Below, one piece after another: positions 43,291 through 53,097 of a DNA stretch of 64,000 nucleotides. The position numbers were made by a program, and so were the translations under genes. The DNA comes from Spartobacteria bacterium (GTDB taxonomy: Bacteria > Verrucomicrobiota > Verrucomicrobiia > Chthoniobacterales > Chthoniobacteraceae). The notes below the pieces were generated by a model. The model ran no database searches. It had not been told where the DNA came from and was given only the letters and a program-made list of their open reading frames with translations. The DNA lies in NCBI GenBank assembly GCA_031389825.1, contig JANMSW010000048.1, positions 49,197 through 113,196 on the forward strand, given 5' to 3'. Position 1 is the first letter of the stretch, and the number at the start of each line of letters is the position of its first letter.

Positions 43291-44175
43291 TTAGTAAACT
43301 ACCTTGTTCAAAGGATACTCGATGATTCCCTCGGCTCCGAGTGCCTTGAGCTCCGGGATAATTTCGCGCACCACCCGCTCGTCGATGATCGTCTCGACCG
43401 CAACCCAACCGGGCTGCGCGAGCTGGGAGATCGTAGGATTGCGCAGTGCCGGCAGTGCTTCCAGGAGCGCCTCTAGCTGGTCCTGCGGAAGGTTCATCTT
43501 GAGACCCACCTTGTCCCGTGCAGCGTGTGCGCCTTTCAGGAGCAGCACGAGCTTCTCCAGCTTCTGCTTCTTCCAAGGGTCCTTCAGTGCGTCGTGATTC
43601 GCGATGATCTGCGGCGAGGATTCCATGATCGTCTCAAGAATCCGCAGCTTGTTGGCCACCAACGACGAGCCGGTCTCCGTCACGTCCACGATAGCGTCCA
43701 CCAGATCGGGTACCTTCACCTCCGTAGCGCCCCATGAGAACTCCACCTCGGCCGTCACCCCGTGCTGGGCCAGGTATCGCCGCGTCATCTCCACGGCTTC
43801 CGTGGCGATCACCTTACCTTGTAGATCCTGCACCGACTGGATCGGCGAATCCTCTGGAACCGCAATGACCCAGCGCGTCGGCTTGTTGCTCGCTTTCGAG
43901 AAGGTCATCTCCGCGAGGCGGGCAACGTCGGAACCGTTATTCTCCACCCAGTCCTTCCCCGTCAGCCCGCAATCGAGAAAGCCGTGCTCGACGTAGCGGC
44001 TGATCTCCTGGGCACGCAGGAGCCGGATCGCGAGTTCGGAATCATCGACCTGTGGCCGATATGAGCGGCTGGCCCCGGAGATATTGAATCCGGCTTTTGC
44101 GAACAGGGCGAAGGTCGGCTCCTGAAGGCTACCCGAGGGCAAGCCGATGCGAAGCACGCGAGGCGGAGTTTCCAT
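43291..44175 (-). CDS. hisG: ATP phosphoribosyltransferase (long form)
   Basis: LRIGLPSGSLQEPT..., DLVDAIVDVTETGSSL, and a C-terminal regulatory domain. Confidence 0.88.
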   Translation of the reverse strand: METPPRVLRIGLPSGSLQEPTFALFAKAGFNISGASRSYRPQVDDSELAIRLLRAQEISRYVEHGFLDCGLTGKDWVENNGSDVARLAEMTFSKASNKPTRWVIAVPEDSPIQSVQDLQGKVIATEAVEMTRRYLAQHGVTAEVEFSWGATEVKVPDLVDAIVDVTETGSSLVANKLRILETIMESSPQIIANHDALKDPWKKQKLEKLVLLLKGAHAARDKVGLKMNLPQDQLEALLEALPALRNPTISQLAQPGWVAVETIIDERVVREIIPELKALGAEGIIEYPLNKVVY

Positions 44176-44247
44176 GAAGGGCGCTGTTTCTAGGAAGCGA
44201 CCGCTTGACCGGCGAGGGAAAACGCTCGCCAGCTCACCGGCTCCGGC

Positions 44248-44370
44248 TTAGCCCACGCGAACTTCCGCGGCCGGAGCCGCAGAGCAGCACCCGCCGCTAC
44301 TGCGCGATGTAGTGCACCCAGTCTGTAGCAGGAGAACGAGGGAAAGCACCGCAAGCGAAAGAATCTTCAT
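44248..44370 (-). CDS. possible 40-aa lipoprotein
   Basis: MKILSLAVLSLVLLLQTGC... is a signal peptide plus a lipobox-like TGC. Below the ORF-track size cutoff. Confidence 0.3.
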   Translation of the reverse strand: MKILSLAVLSLVLLLQTGCTTSRSSGGCCSAAPAAEVRVG

Positions 44371-44436
44371 AGGAATAGCGCGCGGAAAGTAGAAGCGCAA
44401 CTGGGTCGGCGCAAGCTCAGGAAGAACCTTGCGGCT

Positions 44437-46947
44437 CTACCATAGAGTCATTTGTGGACGCGGCCCATCGAGGTCCGCCGGAGATGGCCGCCTGCGCGCC
44501 GGACGCGCGGGAGCGACTTCAGCCAGCGACGACCTGCCCTCCGCATTCAGCTCATGCTCCTCCAGATTCCGCAGGATTTCCCTCGCCCGCTCCAGGATCA
44601 GCGGCGGGAGCCCAGCCAGACGCGCCACCTGGATGCCGTAGCTCTTGTCCGCGCCGCCGGGGACGATCTTCCGCAGGAAGATGATCTGGTCGTTCCACTC
44701 GCGCACTGCGACGTTGAAGTTCTTCACTCCCGGACGCGTTCTGGCGAGGTCCGTCAGCTCGTGGTAATGCGTGGCAAAGAGCGTTCGGGCGCCTACCTCA
44801 TCGTGCAGGTACTCCGCCACGCTCCATGCGATCGACAGCCCGTCGAAAGTCGATGTCCCCCTTCCGATCTCGTCGAGGATGATCAGCGAGCGCGAGGTCG
44901 CATTGTTGGTGATGTTCGCAGTCTCGTTCATCTCGACCATGAACGTGGACTGGCCCTTCGAGAGATCGTCGTTCGCCCCCACCCGGGTGAAGATGCGGTC
45001 CGCCAGCCCGATCTCCGCCTCCCGGGCGGGCAACCAGGAGCCCGTCTGCGCCAGTAGTACGAGCAACGCCACCTGCCTTATATAGGTGGATTTCCCCGCC
45101 ATGTTCGGGCCGGTGAGAATGAGCAGGCGCTGCTCGTCCGCATCCAGATGGATGTCGTTGGGCACAAACTTCTCCTCCACCAGAGACTGGTCGAGCACCG
45201 GGTGCCGTCCATCCAGGATGCGGATCCCCAATCCCTCCGTGAGCCGCGGGCGGCAGTACCCGAAAAGCCGAGCCGTCTCGGCGAGCGAGCACAGCACGTC
45301 GAGCGTACCCACCGCTGAGGCCGTTGCCTGGAACTTCGCAAGCTCTCCCATCACCTCCTCGCGGATCTGCCCGAAAAGCTCGTACTCGAGCGCTCGCGCC
45401 CGCTCGTCAGCCCCGAGGATCTTCGCCTCCACCTCCTTCAGCTCAGGCGTGATGAACCGCTCCCCGTTCGCCACGGTCTGTTTACGCGTCCAGCCGTCTG
45501 GCACCAGGTGGACGTTGGCTTTTGTAACCTCGATGAAGTAGCCGAACACGGACGTGTACCGCACCTTTAGCGACTTGATCCCTGTTTCCTCGATCGCCCG
45601 CTGCTGCAGCTGAGCGATCCAGTCTTTCCCCTCGCGTCCGGCGGAGCGCAGCTCGTCCAGGCCTGCGAAGTAGCCGTCGCGAAACATCCCTCCATCCTTC
45701 GTGAGGGCTGGCGGTTCATCCACAATGGCCCGCGCCAACAGCTCGACGACGTGGGGTAGTTCGTGAAGTTCGCCCAAGATCTCTGCCGCCAGGGGGGCAC
45801 CACCTGTTACGCTCGTGAGTGCGGTGAGGTCTTCGCGTAAGCCGGGGATCTGCTCCAGGGCCGTTCGCAGCACGAGCAGGTCGCGCGCATTTCCCCCAGT
45901 TTGCGTGAGGCGGCCGATCGTCCGCTCCACGTCGCGGATCTCCCGCAGCGTTTCGCGGAGCTTGCCGAGCAGGTAAGGCTCCGCAATGCAGTGCCCGATC
46001 ACCTCCTGCCGTGCACGCAGCGGCTCCAGCGCACAGAGCGGATGCAGGATCCAATCGCGCAGGCGCCGCGCACCCATCGGCGTTACGGTTCGATCGAGCG
46101 CTCCGAGCAGGCTCGTATCCTTGCCCCCGCCGCGCGCCTGCACGAGTTCGAGATTCGCCTGGGTGGCGGCATCCACGATCATGAAGTGCGTGCGCCGGTA
46201 ACAGCTCAGCCCCGTGATGTGCGTGAGTGGGCGTCGCAGCTCGTGCTGAAGATAGTGGATGAGAGCACCCGCCGCGCACACTGCCGCAGGCATCTCCTCG
46301 CAGCCAAAGCCATCCAGCGACTGCACCTTGAAGTGCTGACGCAGTGCGTAGTACGCCTGATCGTGGAGAAAGGTGTAGCCATCGCGCGAGACCGTCCCGG
46401 GTAGTTCGCCCAGAGCGGCGGCTTGCTCTTCGCTGACTAGCACCTCGGTCGGCTGGACTCGCGCCACTTCATCTGCGAGTTCCCGTGCGTCTGCCAGCTC
46501 GGTGAGCCGGAACTCGCCGGTAGTCAGATCGAGGAAGGCGAAGCCGTGGCGCCCTTTCTTGTCGGCATGGATTGCAGCGAGGAAGTTGTTCCGTTTCGCA
46601 TCGAGCAGCTGCATATCCGAGACCGTCCCCGGCGAGACGATGTGGGTGATCTCGCGCTGCACGATTTTGCCCGGCTGGGGCTCGGAGACTTGATCGCAAA
46701 TGGCGACGCGGCGTCCGGCCGTAATCAACTTCCGCACGTAGTTGTCCGCTGCGTGGTAGGGGATACCGCACATCGGCACCTGGTTCCGCTTCGTTAGCGC
46801 CACATTTAGGATGCCCGATGCCTCCTTGGCGTCGTCGAAGAACATCTCATAGAAGTCCCCCAGCCGGAAAAGCAGCAGGGTATCCGCCGGCAGGGACCTC
46901 CGGATGCCTTGGTACTGCTGCATCATCGGGGTGAGGGTCTCGGACAC
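44437..46947 (-). CDS. mutS: DNA mismatch repair protein MutS
   Basis: TPMMQQY, FYEMFFDDA, GPNMAGKSTY, DEIGRGTSTFDG, ATHYHEL. Confidence 0.95.
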   Translation of the reverse strand: MSETLTPMMQQYQGIRRSLPADTLLLFRLGDFYEMFFDDAKEASGILNVALTKRNQVPMCGIPYHAADNYVRKLITAGRRVAICDQVSEPQPGKIVQREITHIVSPGTVSDMQLLDAKRNNFLAAIHADKKGRHGFAFLDLTTGEFRLTELADARELADEVARVQPTEVLVSEEQAAALGELPGTVSRDGYTFLHDQAYYALRQHFKVQSLDGFGCEEMPAAVCAAGALIHYLQHELRRPLTHITGLSCYRRTHFMIVDAATQANLELVQARGGGKDTSLLGALDRTVTPMGARRLRDWILHPLCALEPLRARQEVIGHCIAEPYLLGKLRETLREIRDVERTIGRLTQTGGNARDLLVLRTALEQIPGLREDLTALTSVTGGAPLAAEILGELHELPHVVELLARAIVDEPPALTKDGGMFRDGYFAGLDELRSAGREGKDWIAQLQQRAIEETGIKSLKVRYTSVFGYFIEVTKANVHLVPDGWTRKQTVANGERFITPELKEVEAKILGADERARALEYELFGQIREEVMGELAKFQATASAVGTLDVLCSLAETARLFGYCRPRLTEGLGIRILDGRHPVLDQSLVEEKFVPNDIHLDADEQRLLILTGPNMAGKSTYIRQVALLVLLAQTGSWLPAREAEIGLADRIFTRVGANDDLSKGQSTFMVEMNETANITNNATSRSLIILDEIGRGTSTFDGLSIAWSVAEYLHDEVGARTLFATHYHELTDLARTRPGVKNFNVAVREWNDQIIFLRKIVPGGADKSYGIQVARLAGLPPLILERAREILRNLEEHELNAEGRSSLAEVAPARPARRRPSPADLDGPRPQMTLW

Positions 46948-47190
46948 GCCGCGGAGCGTAGCGCAGATGGCCGGTGGAGCAAGTTGCGGAACGGCAATCG
47001 GGAGAGACTCGCCTGTTTACGGCGGCGTACGAGGATTTCAGCGGCTCGGCAGAACGTGCTATTGCCTCCCGAAAGCATCGCTGGCTCGGACGACACGCAT
47101 GGCGTTCAAAACCGTCGCCATAATCATCCGGCCAGCCAGCTTCGGAGCGTGCCAGCACTGAAAACCGACACGGCTGGTGAGTAGTAAGTG

Positions 47191-47439
47191 CTCGGCGCGC
47201 GAGTATCCGGAACTCGGCGCGCGAGTAGAGGGAGCCCCGCGCGCCGAGATAAATCTACCTCGCGCAGAGCACTCACTACTCACTCGCGAGTAGCTGCAGC
47301 TCGGCTCGACACACAAATCATCCCGGCGTGCCGAGTGCGCGCACCTGGCGCCGAGTTCCGGGTACGCGCGCGCCGAGCTAATTGTGCGGCTGGTGAGACT
47401 CCCGATACTCGCGCGCCAGGTTCCTCTACTCGGCGCGAG
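47191..47439. repeat. array of a 15-bp motif CTCGGCGCGCGAGTA in both orientations
   Basis: Perfect copies at 47191-47205 and 47213-47227. Inverted near-copies at 47235-47248, 47362-47376 and 47406-47420, plus partial copies at about 47257, 47278 and 47427. Confidence 0.75.
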
Positions 47440-47742
47440 ACTCTCTAGATATAGCAACCATGCGGGTTCGCACGTGATCGTGCAGTTTGGCGCATTAGTT
47501 GCTAAGGGTTTTAAGGGGCTTGTGGACCAAAGCTAAATTGGGTTCGGGCCAGCGGCAATTAGATCCGCGTGTGGGTGCCCGAGCCTTCCGATTTTAAGCG
47601 GCGCCACGAGATTTTTTCGTCAGGGCTACCCGCCCTCCCGCGCGCCACGTCTGGTGCATCCGATGTTTCCAGCGAAGCGGTGATCGCCAATTGCCGGCTT
47701 TCCTGATACCGTTTCACCAACTCCCCGCCCCCCAGCTTCGCC

Positions 47743-48615
47743 ATGCGTCATTCGCGTCGTCAAATCGCCCCACCCGCGCGTCCGTGGCGCTCTCGGCGAA
47801 CATCCGCAACGACCATCCTCATCGCTGCCACCGCCGCGGCGGCCACGGCCCAGTGGACGGTGGCGATTCTCGATCGCGGCGCGCTGCTTCCGATGGACGT
47901 TTTGCAGGAGTTCCTCGCGCTGACGGTCGATTCGGTCAACGAAGGGCGGCTGTGGCAATTCCTCAGCTTCATCTTTCTCCACGCCGGTCCGCTTCATCTC
48001 ATCGGGAATCTCGTACTGCTTTATCTTGCTGGTCGAGAGGTCGAGCCAATCCTCGGAGCGCGCCATCTGCTTGGGTTATATTTTGGCGGGAACTTCGCTG
48101 GAGGCATTGTGCATATCCTCGCGGCAAGCCAGGGGTGGGTGCCTGCTGATGTGCCGCTGGTGGGCATTTCGGCAGGGGTCATTGCTGTGCTCATGGCCTT
48201 TGCCACGCTCCTCCCAGATCTCGACCTCAGGATGGCGCTCTTCTTCCTGCCGGTGAGATTGCGGGCAAAGGTACTCGGAATTGCCGCAGTGGTCATCGCT
48301 GGGTTCCTTTGGCTGACCCAGGCCGCTCCTTCGATCGGGCCTGTAGCCATGCTCGGCGGTACCCTGTTTGGCTGCGTTTACGTGCGGCTGCTCGGATATG
48401 GATATCCACTAGCGGTGCAGCGCTTCTTCTCGGACCGCAAACAGCGTGCGGAGCGTTTAGACCGGATGCCACCGGAGCAGTATATCAACGAAGAGATCGA
48501 TCCGATCCTTGAGAAGATCTCCCGTGAGGGCATGCACAAGTTGAGTCGTTCAGAGCGGAAGATTCTGGAACGAGGCAGCGAGAAGATCGCTACGAAAGTT
48601 GCCGTGCGGAGCTAA
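47743..48615 (+). CDS. rhomboid-family intramembrane serine protease
   Basis: FLHAGPLHLIGN (HxxxN region), GISAGV (GxSxG), and a multi-TM body. Confidence 0.8.
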   Translation: MRHSRRQIAPPARPWRSRRTSATTILIAATAAAATAQWTVAILDRGALLPMDVLQEFLALTVDSVNEGRLWQFLSFIFLHAGPLHLIGNLVLLYLAGREVEPILGARHLLGLYFGGNFAGGIVHILAASQGWVPADVPLVGISAGVIAVLMAFATLLPDLDLRMALFFLPVRLRAKVLGIAAVVIAGFLWLTQAAPSIGPVAMLGGTLFGCVYVRLLGYGYPLAVQRFFSDRKQRAERLDRMPPEQYINEEIDPILEKISREGMHKLSRSERKILERGSEKIATKVAVRS

Positions 48616-48796
48616 CCCACTGTGTAGAGTCGGCTCTGCCGAGCTAAGGGGACACGTGCCGCCTCCATTCCGCTAAACCGTTGCTCCCCCCTCTGCCGCG
48701 TTTTGCTCACCCATTGCTCCACCTTCCCAAATACCAGGCTCCTGGTTCCCCGATCCCAGATCCTCATCCCAACTCACTTACCTCGCACTCCCTACT

Positions 48797-49183
48797 TTAG
48801 CGCCGCTCGAGCGCGCGCTCTAGAAATGAGCGCATTACGTGAATTTGCTTCTTCTCCTCGCAATCCGACGAACGCGATGCTGAGTAGTCGAGAAGGGTCA
48901 CTACGGCATTGGCCAGCTTCAACCGAGAGAGGCTCGGACCGGCTACGCCGTCGATTGAGGCGAGTTCCGGAAGGCCCGCCCGTTCGCGCACCAGGGGGTA
49001 ATGAATGACGAGCCAGTTCAGCAGGATTTCCTGGCTAAGGCGGTGTTCTGGAGCGGGGCAGCCCAGATCGATGCAATGCCGGACGAATGCCTGCGACACT
49101 CGAGCGCGCCGGCTGAGTTCGGGAATCGGAAAGAGTTCGCGATCTTCATCTCTGAAGTGGAGGAGGTGATCAGGGTGTTTCAC
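48797..49183 (-). CDS. hypothetical protein with possible HTH
   Basis: ELSRRARVSQAFVRHCID looks like a helix-turn-helix. No family recognised. Confidence 0.4.
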   Translation of the reverse strand: MKHPDHLLHFRDEDRELFPIPELSRRARVSQAFVRHCIDLGCPAPEHRLSQEILLNWLVIHYPLVRERAGLPELASIDGVAGPSLSRLKLANAVVTLLDYSASRSSDCEEKKQIHVMRSFLERALERR

Positions 49184-49342
49184 GCAAAGTAGCCTGTAGC
49201 AGCCTCCGAGCCCGGTATGGAAATTTCAGCAGTCGTACCTAAATAGACGGAATGCTGGCCTAGAACATTCGAGAATCTTCTCAGCTGCGGGAATACAAGA
49301 CTCCACTTGCGGCACCCGCAGCGCTGCGAAGCGATAGCCCTG

Positions 49343-49927
49343 CTACCAGGCAGCAGCCCCACGGGCCTTGGCCGCAACTGTCCGCGTCTCAGGCCGCAAC
49401 GACATGCAAGCGAAGAACACAGTGGTGAAGAACAAATCACTGACCAAAGTATTGCGGAAGAAGATCCACGTGGGCGGCTGATACTGGGGGAGTCCCGTCG
49501 TCATCGCCTGCAGCCATCCGGTCGCCGATTTGCTGTAAAGCGGCTCCGTCACCCAGGCACCCGTATTAGTGATGAGGTAGAAGAAGATCGACCCGCTGAC
49601 ACTCGCGAGCAAAAGGTAGGGAAGCCGTGGGTTCACCCGAAGCAACCATCCCAATGAGGCAATCAGGGTCAGCGCAAAGTACTGCGGGATCATCGCGCCA
49701 TTGAGCAACGCGACATTGTAGTGCGCATTTAGCACCAGATCCGAGATCAGCAAGGCAGCGAGGGGCAGTCCGAAAGCCAGGTAGCGCGGGAGAAAGGTGG
49801 CACCACAGAGTGCGACAGCAGCGAGCGGGCAGAAGTTCTGCAGCCAGCCAACATCAGAACTACCCACCATCCCGAGCGCCACGCGGTACGCGACGACTAC
49901 CAATGTAATTACAATGGCTGCGAACAT
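49343..49927 (-). CDS. DUF6580-like polytopic membrane protein
   Basis: NFCPLAAVALCGATFLPR...LLISDLVLN...FFRNTLVSDLFFT resembles remembered DUF6580 proteins. Confidence 0.5.
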   Translation of the reverse strand: MFAAIVITLVVVAYRVALGMVGSSDVGWLQNFCPLAAVALCGATFLPRYLAFGLPLAALLISDLVLNAHYNVALLNGAMIPQYFALTLIASLGWLLRVNPRLPYLLLASVSGSIFFYLITNTGAWVTEPLYSKSATGWLQAMTTGLPQYQPPTWIFFRNTLVSDLFFTTVFFACMSLRPETRTVAAKARGAAAW

Positions 49928-50402
49928 TTCAACCGAAAGGTGGAGCGCGATGGGCAGGGGAGCAATAGAAATGCACCGTTGGCCCGCTGCTTTAGGGTTG
50001 AAAATAATTTCACTTGCTGAAAAGCCCGAGAAATCTAATCTCCGGGCAGTTCTTTGTGATTAGAACCACGCGTGTGGATGAAAGGAACTCCGTGAGAATC
50101 GGAGACAGTTGCGCTGCTGTAACTGGATACGAGCTTCCAAGTGCCAATCTCTCCTAATAAGGAGCGGTGAAGGCGGGAGCGAGGATTGGTCAGGCCGTGC
50201 GAACGGCAGGGCCGGCATGCCAGAAGTCAGAACATTTTCCCCACACGCTCTCATTCGCGCCGCCGTGAGTACGGATCGGCGTGACCAAAACTTCCTCGCT
50301 ACAAAGGAAGAATGGGAGATCGAGTCTCCTTCGCGGCACCCGCGCGTGGAGCTGCCTCGCGGCTGGTCTCTCTGCACATTTCATCCAAGAGACCAATACC
50401 CA

Positions 50403-51449
50403 ATGATCACCCGCTCCCAGCGCCTTCTGCGCGCTGCTTCATTTTCTACAATCGCCCTCTTTGCTGGACTCGCTTCGACTGCCTTTGGCTCCCTCTCTGT
50501 AGGGCAGTGGACGAAGCTTTCCCTGCCGCCGCTTGCGCAGCCTTTTGGTACGTATCGCGCGGCGCACACTCCTGAAGGGTTGCTTGTTTATGGAAGCAAC
50601 AACGACTTGGATCGTCAGGCCACCTTCGGCAGCGCCGTACTCGAGGATTTCGCTAATGCGAGTGTTTGGGATCCCTCTGATGTCGCGGTGTTCAGCGCAA
50701 CCCTCGGCGCGCTAGGCGGAGGCGTCTTCCCTGGTGGGAACGTCCTGCTCTTCGATCCCTCGAATCTGGCCACGCCATTTACCCAGATCGCAGCCTTGCA
50801 GAACTACAGCATGGAATTTCGGGATGCGAACGGGCTGTACGTAGGTGGGGCAAACGGATCGGAATCGACGGCTTCTGGGAAGATGCATTCGCTCTCCTAC
50901 GTGCCCGCCAGCGGGTCTCCCAGCAAGGTGATCGTGGATAACATTTCGATGTTCAGTGCCGACTTCGCGGTGGATCTGCAGGGTAACCTGCTGGTCGCCG
51001 ACAACGACGATGGAGGGCTTTACCGCTTCACTCCGGTCCAGATTGCAGCCGCCATTCTGGGTTCCCCGCTGACCGTTGCAAACGGCGAGCGGCTGACCAC
51101 GCTCGTAAAGACGGGCTCGCTGGCCGTGGATGGATTGGGGCGCGTATGGTCCGCCGGGTTCCAAGGCCCGGGAATCGATGTCTTCGATCCTGCTAACGGA
51201 GTCAGCTTTACCCACTACCCCACAGGAGGCACTGCTGCGGCCGATAACACGAACTATGTCGTGAACACCTTCAACCGGGCCGGGGATTCCTTCGTGAGCT
51301 ACATCAATGCTGCAGGGGCCGATACCGGATCTGCTCTGACCTATGGCTATGATCGCGCCGCCGTGCTGGTCCCGGAGCCCTCGTCCGCTTTGCTGCTGCT
51401 AGGCAGCGCTGCCTTCGTAGTGGCGCGTCGGCGAAGCCGGGTTATCTAG
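50403..51449 (+). CDS. PEP-CTERM-anchored secreted protein
   Basis: Signal peptide FSTIALFAGLASTAFG. C-terminal VPEPSSALLLLGSAAFVVARRR. Confidence 0.75.
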   Translation: MITRSQRLLRAASFSTIALFAGLASTAFGSLSVGQWTKLSLPPLAQPFGTYRAAHTPEGLLVYGSNNDLDRQATFGSAVLEDFANASVWDPSDVAVFSATLGALGGGVFPGGNVLLFDPSNLATPFTQIAALQNYSMEFRDANGLYVGGANGSESTASGKMHSLSYVPASGSPSKVIVDNISMFSADFAVDLQGNLLVADNDDGGLYRFTPVQIAAAILGSPLTVANGERLTTLVKTGSLAVDGLGRVWSAGFQGPGIDVFDPANGVSFTHYPTGGTAAADNTNYVVNTFNRAGDSFVSYINAAGADTGSALTYGYDRAAVLVPEPSSALLLLGSAAFVVARRRSRVI

Positions 51450-51453
51450 AAGA

Positions 51454-52305
51454 GTGAAAGCAGCGCACTTCTACCCGCTTCTCTGGTCGGGCTTTTTGCT
51501 CGCCGACGGATCAGCGTGGGCCGAAGGACCGTACCCGCCAGCGGCTGGCGTGCCCGGCTCGACTGCTATCTCCCGGGACGATGCTTTGATTTTAGGCTGG
51601 GCGACTGGGTATGATCGAGGGACGTTTCAGCGAGGTTTTTTGTCCGTCGCAGAGCGGGATTTGGGCGAGGTGACCTTTGGCAATCCCGAGGATGCTCTGG
51701 GTCCTGCTGACGTTAAGGTTGCAACTCTGGAGACCTTCCCGGTGGTGAGTCTCGGAGATGGCGGAGCGATAACGATGACCTTCGCAGAGCCAATCACGAA
51801 TGGACCGGGCTTTGACTTCGCCGTGTTTGAGAACGGTTTCACAGATACGTTTCTGGAACTGGCCTTCGTGGAGGTGAGTTCCGATGGGGATTTCTTCTCG
51901 CGGTTTCCCGCGGTTTCGCTGACTCCCACGGCCCACCTTGCGGGAGATCCAACGACTGACGATTTCACGCTGCTCGATCCAACGAACCTTCACAACTTGG
52001 CAGGTAAATACCGCGGGGAGCAGGGGACGCCGTTCGACTTGATGGATATCGTTCCCAACCCAAGGGTGAACACGAAGCGGATCACGCATGTGCGAGTCGT
52101 GGATGTTGTGGGTTCGATCAATCCAGCTTTTGGGAGCTACGATTCCGGCGGGCGAATTATCAAGGATCCGTACCCGACGCGCTTCGAGTCGGGCGGTTTT
52201 GACCTCGATGCGGTGGCGGTGATTAATCAAATTCCGGAACCCGGCGCGTGCTTGTCGCTCACTTTGGCGGCAGCACTGCTCGGTGCGAGGCGTCGACGGA
52301 GGTAA
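51454..52305 (+). CDS. PEP-CTERM-anchored secreted protein
   Basis: GTG start and a signal-like N-terminus. C-terminal IPEPGACLSLTLAAALLGARRRRR. Confidence 0.75.
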   Translation: MKAAHFYPLLWSGFLLADGSAWAEGPYPPAAGVPGSTAISRDDALILGWATGYDRGTFQRGFLSVAERDLGEVTFGNPEDALGPADVKVATLETFPVVSLGDGGAITMTFAEPITNGPGFDFAVFENGFTDTFLELAFVEVSSDGDFFSRFPAVSLTPTAHLAGDPTTDDFTLLDPTNLHNLAGKYRGEQGTPFDLMDIVPNPRVNTKRITHVRVVDVVGSINPAFGSYDSGGRIIKDPYPTRFESGGFDLDAVAVINQIPEPGACLSLTLAAALLGARRRRR

Positions 52306-52311
52306 CCACCT

Positions 52312-53085
52312 GTGCGGCAGCGCGCATTCACCCTTGTCGAGCTGCTGGTCGTGATGACCGTATTGGCAGTGCTCGGCGCGCTTGTCCTGGCAGGCGTGCG
52401 CTCGGCGCGCGAACGGGCGGATGAGACGCAATGCGTCTCTAACTTGCGAGTGCTGGCCATGGCGAACCTGGCTTACGCCGCGGACCATAACGCTACCTAC
52501 GTGGCCACGCAGGAGCGCACCAACAGGATGCGCTGGCACGGGCTTCGAAGCGACACCGGCTCCCCCTTTGATCCCACGCAGAGTCCGCTCAGCCCATACT
52601 TGGGGACTGACCGACGGGTGAAGCTTTGCCCGACCTTCCGCGACGCGCTCGATGGGGATGATTCCTTCGAAGAGGGGACCGGTGGCTACGGCTACAATTC
52701 GACTTACATCGGGGGCACGCCGGGGCGGCCCTTCCAGCCGGAGAGAACCGTGAACGTTCCTCGGCCCGCGCGCACCGTGATGTTTACCGACACGGCATTT
52801 GCGCGGAAGAACGGGATCCAGGAGTACGCCTTCTCGGAGCCTTACCGCTGGGTGAATATCAAGGGCGAGCCAGCGGCATCGCTCTCGGCCAGCGTCCACT
52901 TCCGGCATCGCGACCGCGCCAATGTAGCCTGGTGCGACGGCCACGTGACCGCGGAGCCCTACTCGCAGCTGGACGGGGGCAACCGCTACGGAGGGAAAGC
53001 GGCGAAGTACAAGATCGGGTGGTTCGGCCCGGAAAAGGACAACGGATACTGGAACCCAAATGCCTCTTCAGAGGAGGGGCTATGA
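52312..53085 (+). CDS. prepilin-type N-terminal cleavage/methylation protein with H-X9-DG (DUF1559-like) motif
   Basis: AFTLVELLVVMTVLAVL near the N-terminus. HFRHRDRANVAWCDGH contains H-x9-DG. Confidence 0.85.
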   Translation: MRQRAFTLVELLVVMTVLAVLGALVLAGVRSARERADETQCVSNLRVLAMANLAYAADHNATYVATQERTNRMRWHGLRSDTGSPFDPTQSPLSPYLGTDRRVKLCPTFRDALDGDDSFEEGTGGYGYNSTYIGGTPGRPFQPERTVNVPRPARTVMFTDTAFARKNGIQEYAFSEPYRWVNIKGEPAASLSASVHFRHRDRANVAWCDGHVTAEPYSQLDGGNRYGGKAAKYKIGWFGPEKDNGYWNPNASSEEGL

Positions 53086-53097
53086 GGAAACTCCGCG

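Noticed and set aside
43076-43576. 166-aa minus-strand ORF overlapping the 3' part of hisG.
   Set aside because: Most of it is antisense-frame noise overlapping hisG. Only the last 34 codons, with their own ATG at 43180, look like a real gene (bS22-like).
47059-47457. ORFs of 132 aa (minus) and 86 aa (plus) covering the mutS-rhomboid intergenic region.
   Set aside because: Both are built from the repeated GC-rich 15-bp motif (Arg/Ala/Ser-rich translation). The open frames are explained by the repeats rather than by coding.
51592-52944. 450-aa minus-strand ORF antisense to the second PEP-CTERM gene and the prepilin-like gene.
   Set aside because: The plus-strand genes carry signal peptides, PEP-CTERM tails and a prepilin/H-X9-DG motif. 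The antisense ORF is Arg/Gly/His-rich with no motifs, as expected for a high-GC shadow ORF.
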